Source: an uncultured cyanobacterium
GTDB lineage: Bacteria > Cyanobacteriota > Cyanobacteriia > Cyanobacteriales > CAWUOF01
Direction: 5' to 3'
Assembly: GCA_963744145.1 (NCBI GenBank)
Contig: CAVUSO010000001.1
Span: 1,934,831-1,998,830, forward strand
Length of the DNA: 64,000 bases
Shown here: one piece after another, positions 18,301-28,287 of the stretch
How the letters are laid out: each line of letters opens with the position of its first letter
Numbering within the stretch: position 1 is the stretch's first letter
The notes under the pieces: generated by a model
What the model was told of the DNA's origin: nothing
Database searches by the model: none
What the model saw: only the letters and a program-made list of their open reading frames with translations
Made by a program: the position numbers and the translations under genes

Positions 18301-21300
18301 ATGAAAAAATTGCGCGATCGCTATTGGAAAATCGGTTATGGTAGTGATGAAGATAACCTAATCGTTGATTTTTATATCCCGGCTCTTGAATGTGCCCTCC
18401 AATACGATCGCAAAGCCGGATTTTTTAATAGTACCATACTCAGTCGCGTCGCCAGAGGATTAGGAGCATTATTAGCAAATCAAGGACGAATGCGCTTAAT
18501 TATGGGTTGTCAGTTTTCTCCTGAAGACTTACAAGCGGTTCAACAAGGTTACGCATTACGAGAAACCCTAACTCATCGACTAGATCAAGAACTTACTCCA
18601 CCTGTCAACTTTGCCCAGCTCAAACATTTTGAAATCCTCAGTTGGTTGATTCAAAATGAATATCTCGATATTCGCATTGCAATTCCCCTCAAACCTAATG
18701 GTAATCCTGAATCCTCAGAATTGGTATTAGATCCAAAGCATTTATTTCACGAAAAAGTAGGCATTATTTCCGATGTAAATGGCGATCGCCTAGCTTTTAA
18801 TGGTTCCAATAATGAATCAATCGGTGGATGGCAATCTAACCTAGAATCATTTCATGTATTTTTTTCCTGGGATGGTGGTAGCGATTTACAAAGAGTACAA
18901 CATGAATGCGATCGCTTTGAGCGTCTTTGGAATGATGAACTTCCCAATGTGCGAGTATTTGAAATTCCTACAGCAGTAAAACAAAAACTATTAAATTATA
19001 CCCCAAACCAAAAACCCGACTGGAATCCGCAAGCAGAATTTAATACCAGCCCCATCACTTATTTAGAAACAATAAATGAGTTCCAAATCTCTGAAGAAGA
19101 ACTACAAAAAGAACGAGAACAATTTACCCAACTTGCTAATATTCATCACCATCCTGGTTGTCTAGACTTCTCAGTTAAATCAATTCCCATCAAACCTTGG
19201 GCACATCAACTAAAAATCTTGCGACGGATAGCAGCAGAGTTTCCCCGTAATGCTTTAATTGCTGATGAAGTAGGTTTAGGTAAAACCATTGAAACCGGTT
19301 TAATATTGCGTTACTTGCTGCTCTCGAAAAAAGCAACGCGAGTGTTAATTTTAGTACCAGCTAGTGTACAACCTCAGTGGCAAGAAGAAATGCGGGAAAA
19401 ATTTAACTTGCACTTCTGGTCCTATGGCAAAAATGAACTGGTTGATCCGTACCAACAATCAGTCGCGATCGCCGGAAATCTTTGGAATCAGAAAAACCTG
19501 ATCCTTGCATCTAGTCATCTAGTCAGACGCAAAGAACGAATGCAAGAATTACTAAACTCTGAAGCATGGGATTTAATCGTTTTAGATGAAGCACATCACG
19601 CAAGAAGAAAAAGCCCTCAAAATCACAAAGATACTCCCAACCGTCTACTTGAACTAATGGAGCGTCTGAGAACAAATACTCAAGCTTTGCTACTCCTTTC
19701 TGCAACACCAATGCAAATTGATGCGATCGAAATGTTTGATTTAATCAAGTTACTTGGTTTAAAAGGTCATTGGGAATTTCCTGATAATTTTTGTCATTAT
19801 TTCGCCACTCTATCTGAATCACCTAATAAAGATATGCTCAACTTTTGGCAAACCATGTCTACAGATTATTTTGATCATGGTGGTCAGCCTTGTAGTAAAA
19901 TTCAGAAAGGATTAGAAACTAGCGATCGCCTGTTATTTTATCAACTTGAGGATATTTGGCGCAATGGTCAGAAAATAACTAATCCTCAGAAATATCTAGC
20001 CGATGATAATTTTATCAGTGCATCTCAAAGATTTCTGGCAACTAATACACCGATTAAAGACTTAATGTTTCGCCACACCCGCGATACATTGCGAGAATAT
20101 TTTAAACGTGGTTTATTAGCTCAAGATGTACCGATAAGAGAGGTATTTGATCATGCAATTGCTCTCGAAGCAAATCGCGAAGTTCATCTCTATATTGCTG
20201 TTAGTGATTACGTGCGACATTTTTACCGTCTCGCGCAAAAGGAAAACCGCAAAGCCCTGGGTTTTCTAATGACCCTATATCGTAAACGTCTCACCAGTTC
20301 TTTCTATGCGATCGAGAAATCATTACAACGTAGATTAGATTATTTACTTACTCAACAGGGTAGCTTATTAGGAGATGATGACTACAGCGATCTAGAAGAT
20401 GCCGATGATGCTATTATTGAAGGCTTAGAATCCTTCATGGAACCCATAGATCCAAAGGAAATTGAATATTTACAAGATTTATTGCATCAATTTGACAATA
20501 CAGGGGAAGATACCAAGCGATCAAAATTTATCAACAAATTAAGACAAGAATTCTTAGAGCGTGATAGTGCGATCATCTTTACCCAATATACCGATACAAT
20601 GGACTATTTGCGCGATATCTTAACTCAATTATATGGTTCATCAGTTGCCTGTTATTCAGGAAGGGGTGGAGAAATCAATTATGATGGTAAATGGCAAATT
20701 ATCCCCAAGGAAGAAATCAAAAGACGGTTTCGTGATGGGGAAATTAAAATCTTGCTATGTACCGAGTCAGCTAGTGAAGGGCTAAATTTACAAACTTGTG
20801 GAGTTTTATTTAATTATGATATGCCTTGGAATCCGATGCGAGTGGAGCAGCGGATCGGACGGATTGATCGGATTGGTCAAAAATTCTCTCAAGTCAGAAT
20901 CCATAATTTTTACTATGACGGAACAGTAGAAGCAAAAGTCTATCGTAAATTGCGCGATCGCATCCAAGCATTTACCACAGTAGTTGGTAATCTGCAACCC
21001 ATCCTCGCTCTTGTACCTACTTTTATTGAAAAAGCAGTAATGAGTGCCGATCCCTTAGAAGAAAATGTCTTGCTGTCGGAATTTGAGCAAACTTTGGATA
21101 TATCACCTTTACAACCTGCACTTAATGATGCTGTCGCAATGGATGTGGAAGCCGATCTTACTGAACTTCGTCAACCAATCCCATCATCTCCCTTTAATGC
21201 TGAAATAATCGAACAGGTTTTGACGCGATCGCGACTATTACAGAAAGCCGGAATTAGGTTTGAGAAGATCGCAGAAAAGCTGTGGAAATTACAATTAGAA

Positions 21301-21426
21301 GATCAATCTTATCAAGTTACCTTTTATGCCGATACTTTTGACGAACATCCATCTTTGCGATTAATGACTTTTGGTGATCCTATTTTTGAGCTCCTGTTGC
21401 ATAAACGTTTAGCGTCAGCAACCTGA
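18301..21426 (+). CDS. PLD-family nuclease domain fused to SNF2/DEAD-like helicase (defence-associated)
   Basis: HxKxxxxD motif (HEKVGIISD) at the N-terminus. Helicase motifs I (DEVGLGKTIE), II (VLDEAHHARR), III (SATPMQ) and C-terminal helicase block (LLCTESASEGLNLQ, QRIGRIDRIGQ). Confidence 0.8.
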   Translation: MKKLRDRYWKIGYGSDEDNLIVDFYIPALECALQYDRKAGFFNSTILSRVARGLGALLANQGRMRLIMGCQFSPEDLQAVQQGYALRETLTHRLDQELTPPVNFAQLKHFEILSWLIQNEYLDIRIAIPLKPNGNPESSELVLDPKHLFHEKVGIISDVNGDRLAFNGSNNESIGGWQSNLESFHVFFSWDGGSDLQRVQHECDRFERLWNDELPNVRVFEIPTAVKQKLLNYTPNQKPDWNPQAEFNTSPITYLETINEFQISEEELQKEREQFTQLANIHHHPGCLDFSVKSIPIKPWAHQLKILRRIAAEFPRNALIADEVGLGKTIETGLILRYLLLSKKATRVLILVPASVQPQWQEEMREKFNLHFWSYGKNELVDPYQQSVAIAGNLWNQKNLILASSHLVRRKERMQELLNSEAWDLIVLDEAHHARRKSPQNHKDTPNRLLELMERLRTNTQALLLLSATPMQIDAIEMFDLIKLLGLKGHWEFPDNFCHYFATLSESPNKDMLNFWQTMSTDYFDHGGQPCSKIQKGLETSDRLLFYQLEDIWRNGQKITNPQKYLADDNFISASQRFLATNTPIKDLMFRHTRDTLREYFKRGLLAQDVPIREVFDHAIALEANREVHLYIAVSDYVRHFYRLAQKENRKALGFLMTLYRKRLTSSFYAIEKSLQRRLDYLLTQQGSLLGDDDYSDLEDADDAIIEGLESFMEPIDPKEIEYLQDLLHQFDNTGEDTKRSKFINKLRQEFLERDSAIIFTQYTDTMDYLRDILTQLYGSSVACYSGRGGEINYDGKWQIIPKEEIKRRFRDGEIKILLCTESASEGLNLQTCGVLFNYDMPWNPMRVEQRIGRIDRIGQKFSQVRIHNFYYDGTVEAKVYRKLRDRIQAFTTVVGNLQPILALVPTFIEKAVMSADPLEENVLLSEFEQTLDISPLQPALNDAVAMDVEADLTELRQPIPSSPFNAEIIEQVLTRSRLLQKAGIRFEKIAEKLWKLQLEDQSYQVTFYADTFDEHPSLRLMTFGDPIFELLLHKRLASAT

Positions 21427-21512
21427 AACAGGGTGAGTAAAGCCCACCCTGATCGATCTATTCTGCTCCGACAATTGGTGCAAATCCTTGACGTTGAACA
21501 TTCTCAGTCATA
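21427..21512 (+). repeat. about 85 bp direct duplicate of the putA 3' end plus downstream hairpin (att-like remnant)
   Basis: Near-identical to 33553-33645. Minus-strand reading gives ...TENVQRQGFAPIVGAE*, identical to the PutA C-terminus. Contains hairpin cagggtgagtaaagcccaccctg. Confidence 0.7.
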
Positions 21513-21540
21513 GTTCGCGATCGTCTTAACTTGGGGGTCT

Positions 21541-22044
21541 TTGGGTTTAGATCCTAAACTGATGCAAGTGACCTATAAGCAACAGGAAATCACCTTCAGA
21601 CCCAAAGAATATGCTCTGCTCCAACTATTTCTGCAACATCCTCAGCGCATTTTTAGCCGCAATACCATTATCGATCAGCTTTGGTCGATCGACCAATCGC
21701 CAACGGAAGCAGCCGTAACAACTTTGATCAAAGACTTGCGTCGTCGGTTAAAAGCCGCAGGAATTACCGAAGAAGTGATTGAGACAGTTCATGGGTTGGG
21801 ATATCGACTTACAACAGCACCAACAGTTGAAAAGAGCAGTTCTCCGACTTCTTTGGGAAAATCTAGATTGCCTGGATGTGAATCTGAATCAAAAATCGGG
21901 GAACTACCGAAAGTTTCAGAGGATAGTTTAGTAGAGCGATTTAGAGTGTCCTTAAAGCAGAGATTAAGAGTCTTAGAGGAAATGGAAGTCGCGCTACACC
22001 ATCAACTCAGGAGATCAGTTCAAATTCTCTTGTGCTGGCAATAG
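21541..22044 (+). CDS. stand-alone OmpR/PhoB-type winged-helix DNA-binding domain protein (no receiver)
   Basis: trans_reg_C-like segment EITFRPKEYALLQLFLQHPQRIFSRNTIIDQLW...VTTLIKDLRRRL...VHGLGYRL. Start codon is a non-ATG in the track; the true start may be the MQVTYK Met. Confidence 0.55.
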   Translation: MGLDPKLMQVTYKQQEITFRPKEYALLQLFLQHPQRIFSRNTIIDQLWSIDQSPTEAAVTTLIKDLRRRLKAAGITEEVIETVHGLGYRLTTAPTVEKSSSPTSLGKSRLPGCESESKIGELPKVSEDSLVERFRVSLKQRLRVLEEMEVALHHQLRRSVQILLCWQ

Positions 22045-22385
22045 TCAGCGATGCTACATTTGCAAAAAGACTTCAGCAGGAAGCACCACGATGGGGACTG
22101 AGGCTGGAAGTCATCAGCGATCGTTCAACAGTGCAACATCGATTAACACAAACCACCCCAGAAGTAATTCTGCTGGCTCTAGATGGTGATGGGGCGGACA
22201 ATCCCTTGGCGCTATTGCAAACAATAAAGGCAGATTATCCAGCCATGCCGATTGTCATCCTGTCAGATCCTGAATCAATGCGACGAGCATTTGCCGTTGG
22301 AGCCAATGATGTGCTTGGAAAACCTGTGGTTGAAGCCGAGTTGGTGACAAGGATGATCAGCCGAATCAAGCAATTAGGCCAATAA
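22032..22385 (+). CDS. stand-alone receiver-like (CheY-like) domain, partly degenerate acid pocket
   Basis: LAIVSDA...ILLALDGDG...IVILSD...GANDVLGKP matches the receiver topology but the N-terminal DD pair is reduced to SD. GTG start. Confidence 0.45.
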   Translation: MLAIVSDATFAKRLQQEAPRWGLRLEVISDRSTVQHRLTQTTPEVILLALDGDGADNPLALLQTIKADYPAMPIVILSDPESMRRAFAVGANDVLGKPVVEAELVTRMISRIKQLGQ

Positions 22386-22392
22386 GCAGATT

Positions 22393-22773
22393 TTGCTCAT
22401 TGACCATGAGGCTTCTGTTCGAGAAGTTTTGCAGCTTTGCTTAAGCAGTGTTGATGGTTGGCAAATTATATCCGTTGCTTCTATCCAAGCCGGCTTAGAA
22501 AAGCTGTGCATTGAGCGTGTAGATGCTATTCTTCTAGATACAGAAAACTTAGAAACTGATGGAATTAGTTTTATTAAAAAACTTAAAAATGACCCATTTA
22601 CTCGATCGATTCCAGTTATCTTCATTACAGCTAAGGCAAAAAGCTTTTTGTCGCATCAACTGCAAGCATTGGGGATTGCGGGTGTGATGGCGAAACCATT
22701 TAATGCCAGGACTTTACCGATTCAATTGGCTGGAATGTTGAATTGGAGTCTGGGTTCTAAATTTGTTGATTGA
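22393..22773 (+). CDS. stand-alone response-regulator receiver domain
   Basis: ILLIDHEAS...AILLDTENLETDGISF...PVIFITAK...GVMAKPF. TTG start. Confidence 0.5.
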   Translation: MLIDHEASVREVLQLCLSSVDGWQIISVASIQAGLEKLCIERVDAILLDTENLETDGISFIKKLKNDPFTRSIPVIFITAKAKSFLSHQLQALGIAGVMAKPFNARTLPIQLAGMLNWSLGSKFVD

Positions 22774-22926
22774 GCGATTCTTTATGATTTTATTTCTTGT
22801 TTATAAGGGCAGGGTAAACGCATCTAAATTGGGATAAATTGTCCTTGATAAAAAAGCACTGATCATGATAATCATTCAACAACTATCCTGGCTAACTCTC
22901 TTCATCTGAGGTAATGCTTCCATGTC

Positions 22927-23490
22927 TCAATGCTTTAAAATCACTTTGGCAGGAATCCCTATTGCAATTGAATTTGGCGGGATATCTTTGGTTACTACCG
23001 CACCAGCAGCAACAATAGAATTATCTCCAATTGTTACACCAGCTAAAATAGTTGCCCTAGATGCAATCCAAACATTATTACCAATAACAATTGGTTTATA
23101 TTCATGCTCTCTCGGATATTCTTTAACAGGCAAAGAGAAGTTGATCAGATTTTTTAAGCTTAAATATTCTGTGGGCAATTGCTCATTTTCCACCGCAGCT
23201 ATTTCATGCACTTTTAATCGACCAGTTTCCAGAATTACATAAGAAGAAATACTCACATATTGACCGATATCAATTCCACCTCCACCACCCATAACTACAC
23301 CATAATTAATAGATGTATAATCACCAATTTTAATTTTTTCAGGAGAGTACATTCTTGGCCACGCATATACTAATACTGATTTACCTAACTCCTTAACCAG
23401 AAGAGATAAAAATATATATCTGATATAGAGCAAGATGACATCGGTACTATTAAATATCCCTAGGGCTATTTTTTTGAATATGTTACTCAT
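22927..23490 (-). CDS. hexapeptide-repeat (left-handed beta-helix) acyl/acetyltransferase
   Basis: [48 protein letters not shown] hexapeptide repeats (WcaF/MAT-like). Confidence 0.75.
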   Translation of the reverse strand: MSNIFKKIALGIFNSTDVILLYIRYIFLSLLVKELGKSVLVYAWPRMYSPEKIKIGDYTSINYGVVMGGGGGIDIGQYVSISSYVILETGRLKVHEIAAVENEQLPTEYLSLKNLINFSLPVKEYPREHEYKPIVIGNNVWIASRATILAGVTIGDNSIVAAGAVVTKDIPPNSIAIGIPAKVILKH

Positions 23491-23541
23491 AATCCATTTA
23501 ATTGCTAATGTTCAAAGTTCTCAGACTTGCTTAAATCTTTT

Positions 23542-24279
23542 TCAAAGTCTCTTGGCTAAAATAGTTACATATTTGAGATTTTCACCATTAAAAAAACTCC
23601 GATGATTATAAACATGAGTATCATGCAGTTTTAAAGTGCCTTCTGAGATCGCCTGACGGTAAAAGCGGATAAATTCAGGAGGATTACTTTGATTTTCGTA
23701 GCTAGTCTGGGCAATATTAAACATTACCCATGCCCCGGCTTGAATAAGATTCAATGCCAACTTAAAAGCATCAACAGGGATGTGATCGGAACTCAGAGCA
23801 GAACAACAGACTAAACAATTTAATTGTTGCTCTTTAATCCGGTTTTTGGTTGATTCTGATAACTGAGTTAAATCTTCAACGATATAATCTTGGTAAACCC
23901 CTGGACATTCTCTATTCGCGGCTACTGCTGCTTCAGGAACAATATCTATTCCGACAATAGCAGTAATACCCAATTTGGCTAATGCTTTACCAAATAAACC
24001 ACTACCCGCACCAAGTTCTAATATTTTGAGTTTGTCAATTGGTAAGCCTGTTTCTTTTACTTTTTCCACTAACAGAGATGACATGATTTCAGGCGATCGA
24101 TATTTGAGTATTTCAATAGCAATATATTCATACAACCCTGGAATACTATATACATCGCCATAGTCGTGTAATCTTAAGCGACGCTCTTGGCCATTTTGAG
24201 TAAGGAAAAAATACTCTTCATTAATAGATAAATTTCCTACATGATCGGGCAATCTGATTTGAAAATTAGTTTGAGTCAT
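23542..24279 (-). CDS. class I SAM-dependent methyltransferase
   Basis: Motif I ILELGAGSGLFGKALAKLG. Acidic residue after beta2 (GIDIVPEA). Confidence 0.7.
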   Translation of the reverse strand: MTQTNFQIRLPDHVGNLSINEEYFFLTQNGQERRLRLHDYGDVYSIPGLYEYIAIEILKYRSPEIMSSLLVEKVKETGLPIDKLKILELGAGSGLFGKALAKLGITAIVGIDIVPEAAVAANRECPGVYQDYIVEDLTQLSESTKNRIKEQQLNCLVCCSALSSDHIPVDAFKLALNLIQAGAWVMFNIAQTSYENQSNPPEFIRFYRQAISEGTLKLHDTHVYNHRSFFNGENLKYVTILAKRL

Positions 24280-24357
24280 AATATCAATTAGCTAAATTTT
24301 TGCTAGAGCTGAAGCAGGAAAAATCAATTGTCACCCAAGTAAAGAGTCGATTAATTA

Positions 24358-25050
24358 TTATCCTGTCGGAATTGCTAACGCTTTACCGTTATCGCTAGCA
24401 CCAATCTGTAAGATAAAAGGAATAGCTCTAATTACCCAATCTTGATCAGAAATGTAATTAGCTGCTTTTTCCTTACCATAGATAGTTTCTAAGGTATCAG
24501 TGTGAATTGTTCCGGGCCAAAGGGAAACTGTAGCCATACCAGATGGTAATTCTTGAGCAAAGGCTTTAGTTAATCCTTCAATAGCCCATTTACTAGCGCA
24601 GTAAGGAGTAGCATTAGCAGTGGTATAACGTCCCCAACCAGCACTAAAGTTAATAATTATTCCCCTATTTTGCTCCACCATTGCAGGGACAAAATGGCGA
24701 ATTACGTTAGCTACGCCTTTGATATTAATATCAATAACGCGATCGAATACTTCACTTTTAATTTTCCAGAGGGGCAAAAGTTCGTGAACGATACCTGCAT
24801 TATTTATGATTAAGTCAGGAGGTTCATATTGGGAGAGTATGGTTTTACTCCAAGCTTCTACTTGAGCTTCATTGGCAACATCTACAGAGGTAAAGTGATG
24901 ATGGGGCTGGGGGAATTGCTGTTGCAGATTTGCGATCGCTTCATGGTTAGTAGCACAACCTATTATAGTATGTCCTAACTGGATCAACTGTTCAGTCATT
25001 ACTCTACCTAAACCCCGACTTACGCCAGTAATTAGAATGATTTTGGTCAT
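24358..25050 (-). CDS. short-chain dehydrogenase/reductase (SDR) family oxidoreductase
   Basis: TGxxxGxG (ILITGVSRGLGRVM), NNAG, catalytic YxxxK (YCASKWAIEGL). Confidence 0.8.
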   Translation of the reverse strand: MTKIILITGVSRGLGRVMTEQLIQLGHTIIGCATNHEAIANLQQQFPQPHHHFTSVDVANEAQVEAWSKTILSQYEPPDLIINNAGIVHELLPLWKIKSEVFDRVIDINIKGVANVIRHFVPAMVEQNRGIIINFSAGWGRYTTANATPYCASKWAIEGLTKAFAQELPSGMATVSLWPGTIHTDTLETIYGKEKAANYISDQDWVIRAIPFILQIGASDNGKALAIPTG

Positions 25051-25059
25051 AATTATAGA

Positions 25060-26022
25060 TTAACCCACAGATAACAAGCTTCTGTTCGCAACACAGTAGT
25101 TGCTATACCAATAACTCATTGGCTTTGACCAAAAATATTGGGCATAACCTTCGCTCACAGCTTCACTACTTTCTCGGTACAGAAGAGAAGGAGAGTTATC
25201 AACCACATAAAATGTATGTCCTTGCCGATCTTGGTAGATCGGATTTTCTATTTTGGTGGCATGAGTACCTTGAATTGCTCTGCCGGTATCGGCTGCTGCA
25301 TCGATAATCCAGCCCGTAGATTTCATGGAATTAAGCATTTGCAAAGTAACAATTGGTGCATCAGATTCAGCTATTTCTACCGTATTAATAAAAATATCAT
25401 AATTTTGAAACTCTTGCTTGAGTAAATCCACATTACTTCTTCTACGCAACAATGGTTCGATTCCTTTACTAGCCAAATATTTTAATACACCATAAGCTAC
25501 ATTACCAGAACCAAATACTGCTACTTGGTCTTTTTCTATAATCCCGCCTCGCAACATAATTGCCTGCATAACTGAGGCATAACCAGCCAAAATACTATTT
25601 TTGTAGGTTATGTCTCTAGGAATATTCAGCTTTTCGGATTTTCCTTGATAAACGCGAATAGAAATTCGATTTGTCACATCAAAAAGTTGGAGCTTTTTCG
25701 GTTTAGCACAATGTTCTGTAAAGTGCTTTCCTGATGCACCAAACGGATGAATCCAACCAGCTAATCCTTGGTTTTCTCTAAAGTATTGATAGTCTTGGGG
25801 TTGAGGTACTTTAATACAGTAAATTACATCTGCCCAAGCAAAGAGACTTTCTCTGGAATAACCGCCAGCTTCTCCATACGCCCAATCGGGAATACCTAAA
25901 TTTTCTCCATAACCTTGTTCAAATCTACGTTCGTCTTCTGTGCTACAATAGGGTAAATCTTTCGGTAATAAACCGACTCTTTTTTCATTAGGGAAACTTG
26001 GCTTGATATAGGCAATCTTCAT
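25060..26022 (-). CDS. AlaDH/PNT-family NAD(P)-dependent enzyme (alanine dehydrogenase / saccharopine dehydrogenase / N5-(1-carboxyethyl)ornithine synthase-like)
   Basis: N-terminal KIAYIKPSFPNEKRVGLLP resembles the AlaDH/PNT N-terminal domain. Rossmann motif VAVFGSGNVAYG. Confidence 0.5.
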   Translation of the reverse strand: MKIAYIKPSFPNEKRVGLLPKDLPYCSTEDERRFEQGYGENLGIPDWAYGEAGGYSRESLFAWADVIYCIKVPQPQDYQYFRENQGLAGWIHPFGASGKHFTEHCAKPKKLQLFDVTNRISIRVYQGKSEKLNIPRDITYKNSILAGYASVMQAIMLRGGIIEKDQVAVFGSGNVAYGVLKYLASKGIEPLLRRRSNVDLLKQEFQNYDIFINTVEIAESDAPIVTLQMLNSMKSTGWIIDAAADTGRAIQGTHATKIENPIYQDRQGHTFYVVDNSPSLLYRESSEAVSEGYAQYFWSKPMSYWYSNYCVANRSLLSVG

Positions 26023-26039
26023 TTGATTTTCCTCAACTA

Positions 26040-27149
26040 TTAAAATTCTTGGTGTTGAAAATTTCTTCTGCCGACAAAGAAGTCCCAGTCTACATAACCT
26101 GAATTGAGCTTTCTGTCTCCTGTTGAGGGGTCAAAAGCTGTTCTTCCATGAAGGATTCTAAAGTTTTGGAAGAGTAGACAGTTATGTGGCTTCAGACGAA
26201 ACTGATATTGATAATCTGGTTTTTTGAGATAGCGGAAGAAAGTATTAAAAGCTTGGTAGAAATCTTCTAATTGCTCGAAGGGTAAATGAGGTCTACAGTT
26301 TCTTTTGCTAAATCGCACTGTACTAACATTACCATCTCGATCGCATTCCAGGATGGGAGAAGTGTTACAAAAACGATATTGATGATGGCGATCGACTAAC
26401 CAAAATTGTACGGGAGTTTCTCCTAATAGTTGAAAGTAATTTGGATAATCTTGGCGAAAGTCTTGAGCCACTCGAAATCCATCTACCAGAGTAGATTCAC
26501 CCCCGATTGCTTGGTGTTCTAAACAATAGAGAAACTGGACGAGATGATGTCCTCCCCAGTAACTGAGATCGTTATGGAGGGGTAAACTACATCCATCACG
26601 AGGAGGTAAAGATTCTTTCGTTTTGGCTTGGGGTTGTAGAGCAAATATTGTCCCGTAATCAACGTTATGAATTGGCCCAATAGATGAAATAAAAGATTCT
26701 AATTCGTCAGGTGGGATGTTTTCTAAAACGACGAATCCGAGACTAAATAATTGATCAATCCAAGAATTATCATTAATCGCCTGAACATCATAGCTTTTGG
26801 GCGATGGTAATTCTAGTTGTGTCCGATCCCATAAAATATAGCTCTCAGACTTTACTTGTGGTTGAGGATCGTAAGCATTCTTTAGTAACCAATCAACAGA
26901 GAATATACTACGATAGGCAGGAGTTTCATCCCAGTCAATGATTAAGGTTTCCCCATTGAACTCCACTGATAAAGGCTGCGGTTGTTCTGGGCGATCGCTA
27001 ATATTAGGATCGGAGAGTTGTTGATAGGGTGCTGGATACCGACAACTCGGACAATTTTCCCGTAACCAGATGTAATGAAAGCGTTTATCACCAACAGTAA
27101 TAAACTTTTCTGAGGTCATAGTTGTGGTTTTTTCTTTTTGAAGTTTCAT
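26040..27149 (-). CDS. Fe(II)/2-oxoglutarate dioxygenase, gamma-butyrobetaine hydroxylase-like (TauD/BBOX family with DUF971-like N-terminal domain)
   Basis: N-terminal FHYIWLRENCPSC (BBOX/DUF971-like). HxD...H facial triad region HNDLSYWGGHH...ILHGR. Paralog of 27166..28287. Probable real start at about 27119 (MTSEKF). Confidence 0.65.
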   Translation of the reverse strand: MKLQKEKTTTMTSEKFITVGDKRFHYIWLRENCPSCRYPAPYQQLSDPNISDRPEQPQPLSVEFNGETLIIDWDETPAYRSIFSVDWLLKNAYDPQPQVKSESYILWDRTQLELPSPKSYDVQAINDNSWIDQLFSLGFVVLENIPPDELESFISSIGPIHNVDYGTIFALQPQAKTKESLPPRDGCSLPLHNDLSYWGGHHLVQFLYCLEHQAIGGESTLVDGFRVAQDFRQDYPNYFQLLGETPVQFWLVDRHHQYRFCNTSPILECDRDGNVSTVRFSKRNCRPHLPFEQLEDFYQAFNTFFRYLKKPDYQYQFRLKPHNCLLFQNFRILHGRTAFDPSTGDRKLNSGYVDWDFFVGRRNFQHQEF

Positions 27150-27165
27150 ATTACTCTAGGATTTT

Positions 27166-28287
27166 TTACCGACTAAGAATAGATAAGCGACTGAGTAATT
27201 CTGTCCGTTCGATAAACGTACTTTGCATAAAGCGTTCTCCGGTATATTCGGTACGCCCATGTAGCACCCGATGGTTATCAAAAATCAGCAGATCTCCTGA
27301 ATTGAACTTGATCTTAACTCTATATTCATTGCAGTTACACAGTTCCATAAAGGTGCGGTATGCCTCGTAATAAGGCTTTATTATCTCTGAAGGGAAGTTA
27401 AAGGGCTGAATAGCACGCGAAGAAAAGCGAATTAACTTTACTTCGCCCAAACAATTGAGTTCGATAATCGCGCCTTCTCCCATTAAATCCGCATCAGTGT
27501 GTTGGAAGCGAAATTGTACAGGTAAAGTTGAGAGCAGTTTAAATTTCTCTGGGGCTTGTTGGCGTAATACTTCTGCTATTTTAAAACCATCAATCAGACT
27601 ATTCTCTCCTCCAGTAGCACCAGTGATTAAGTAGTGAAAGAGTAAATAAGCAGGTGGAGAAGCAAAATAAGATAAATCGGTATGGGGTAAAATCCTTAAA
27701 TTAGTAAACGCATCGGTTTCAGGATTCGCTACATTTTTAACATTATTACACTTACCCCAATAGGTTTCACGCACACAACCTAGCTGAGATGCTATTTCTA
27801 AGATAGTACCTGGCTCGGTAGGAACATTTTGTAGTACAGCAATTCCCTCATCACGTACAGCTAATAACCAGTCTTTCAGTTGGGCTTCATTCTGCCAAAT
27901 ATCGCGATAGTCAGCTTTGGTTATTGAAGTTGCTTTTTCTGAACCCCATAATTTAGGTTGCCAAGATTTGGACTGTGTTTTATTAGAGTAGGAATGTTCG
28001 CGTAACCAGAGCGAATCGAATTTGCTAACATGACTTTCATTAGCCCAGACAATTTCGATTTGTTGTTCGTGATTGATGCTGACTTGATCGGGATAGGGTT
28101 CAAGCGGAAGAGTCAAAGGATCGATGGTACGCTGACAGTTGACACGGGGGGTTGCTGGGCAATTGTCTCGTAGCCAAACATAATGAAATTGACTGTGAAA
28201 TCCATCTTCCCATTCAACCTGAAGCAAGTCTTTTTCAGTTTTCAGTTTGAGGACAGATCTATCTGAATTAGTTGCTACTGTTAACAT
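27166..28287 (-). CDS. Fe(II)/2-oxoglutarate dioxygenase, gamma-butyrobetaine hydroxylase-like (paralog)
   Basis: FHYVWLRDNCP, HTDLSYFASPP, RVLHGRTEY. Same architecture as 26040..27149. Confidence 0.65.
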   Translation of the reverse strand: MLTVATNSDRSVLKLKTEKDLLQVEWEDGFHSQFHYVWLRDNCPATPRVNCQRTIDPLTLPLEPYPDQVSINHEQQIEIVWANESHVSKFDSLWLREHSYSNKTQSKSWQPKLWGSEKATSITKADYRDIWQNEAQLKDWLLAVRDEGIAVLQNVPTEPGTILEIASQLGCVRETYWGKCNNVKNVANPETDAFTNLRILPHTDLSYFASPPAYLLFHYLITGATGGENSLIDGFKIAEVLRQQAPEKFKLLSTLPVQFRFQHTDADLMGEGAIIELNCLGEVKLIRFSSRAIQPFNFPSEIIKPYYEAYRTFMELCNCNEYRVKIKFNSGDLLIFDNHRVLHGRTEYTGERFMQSTFIERTELLSRLSILSR

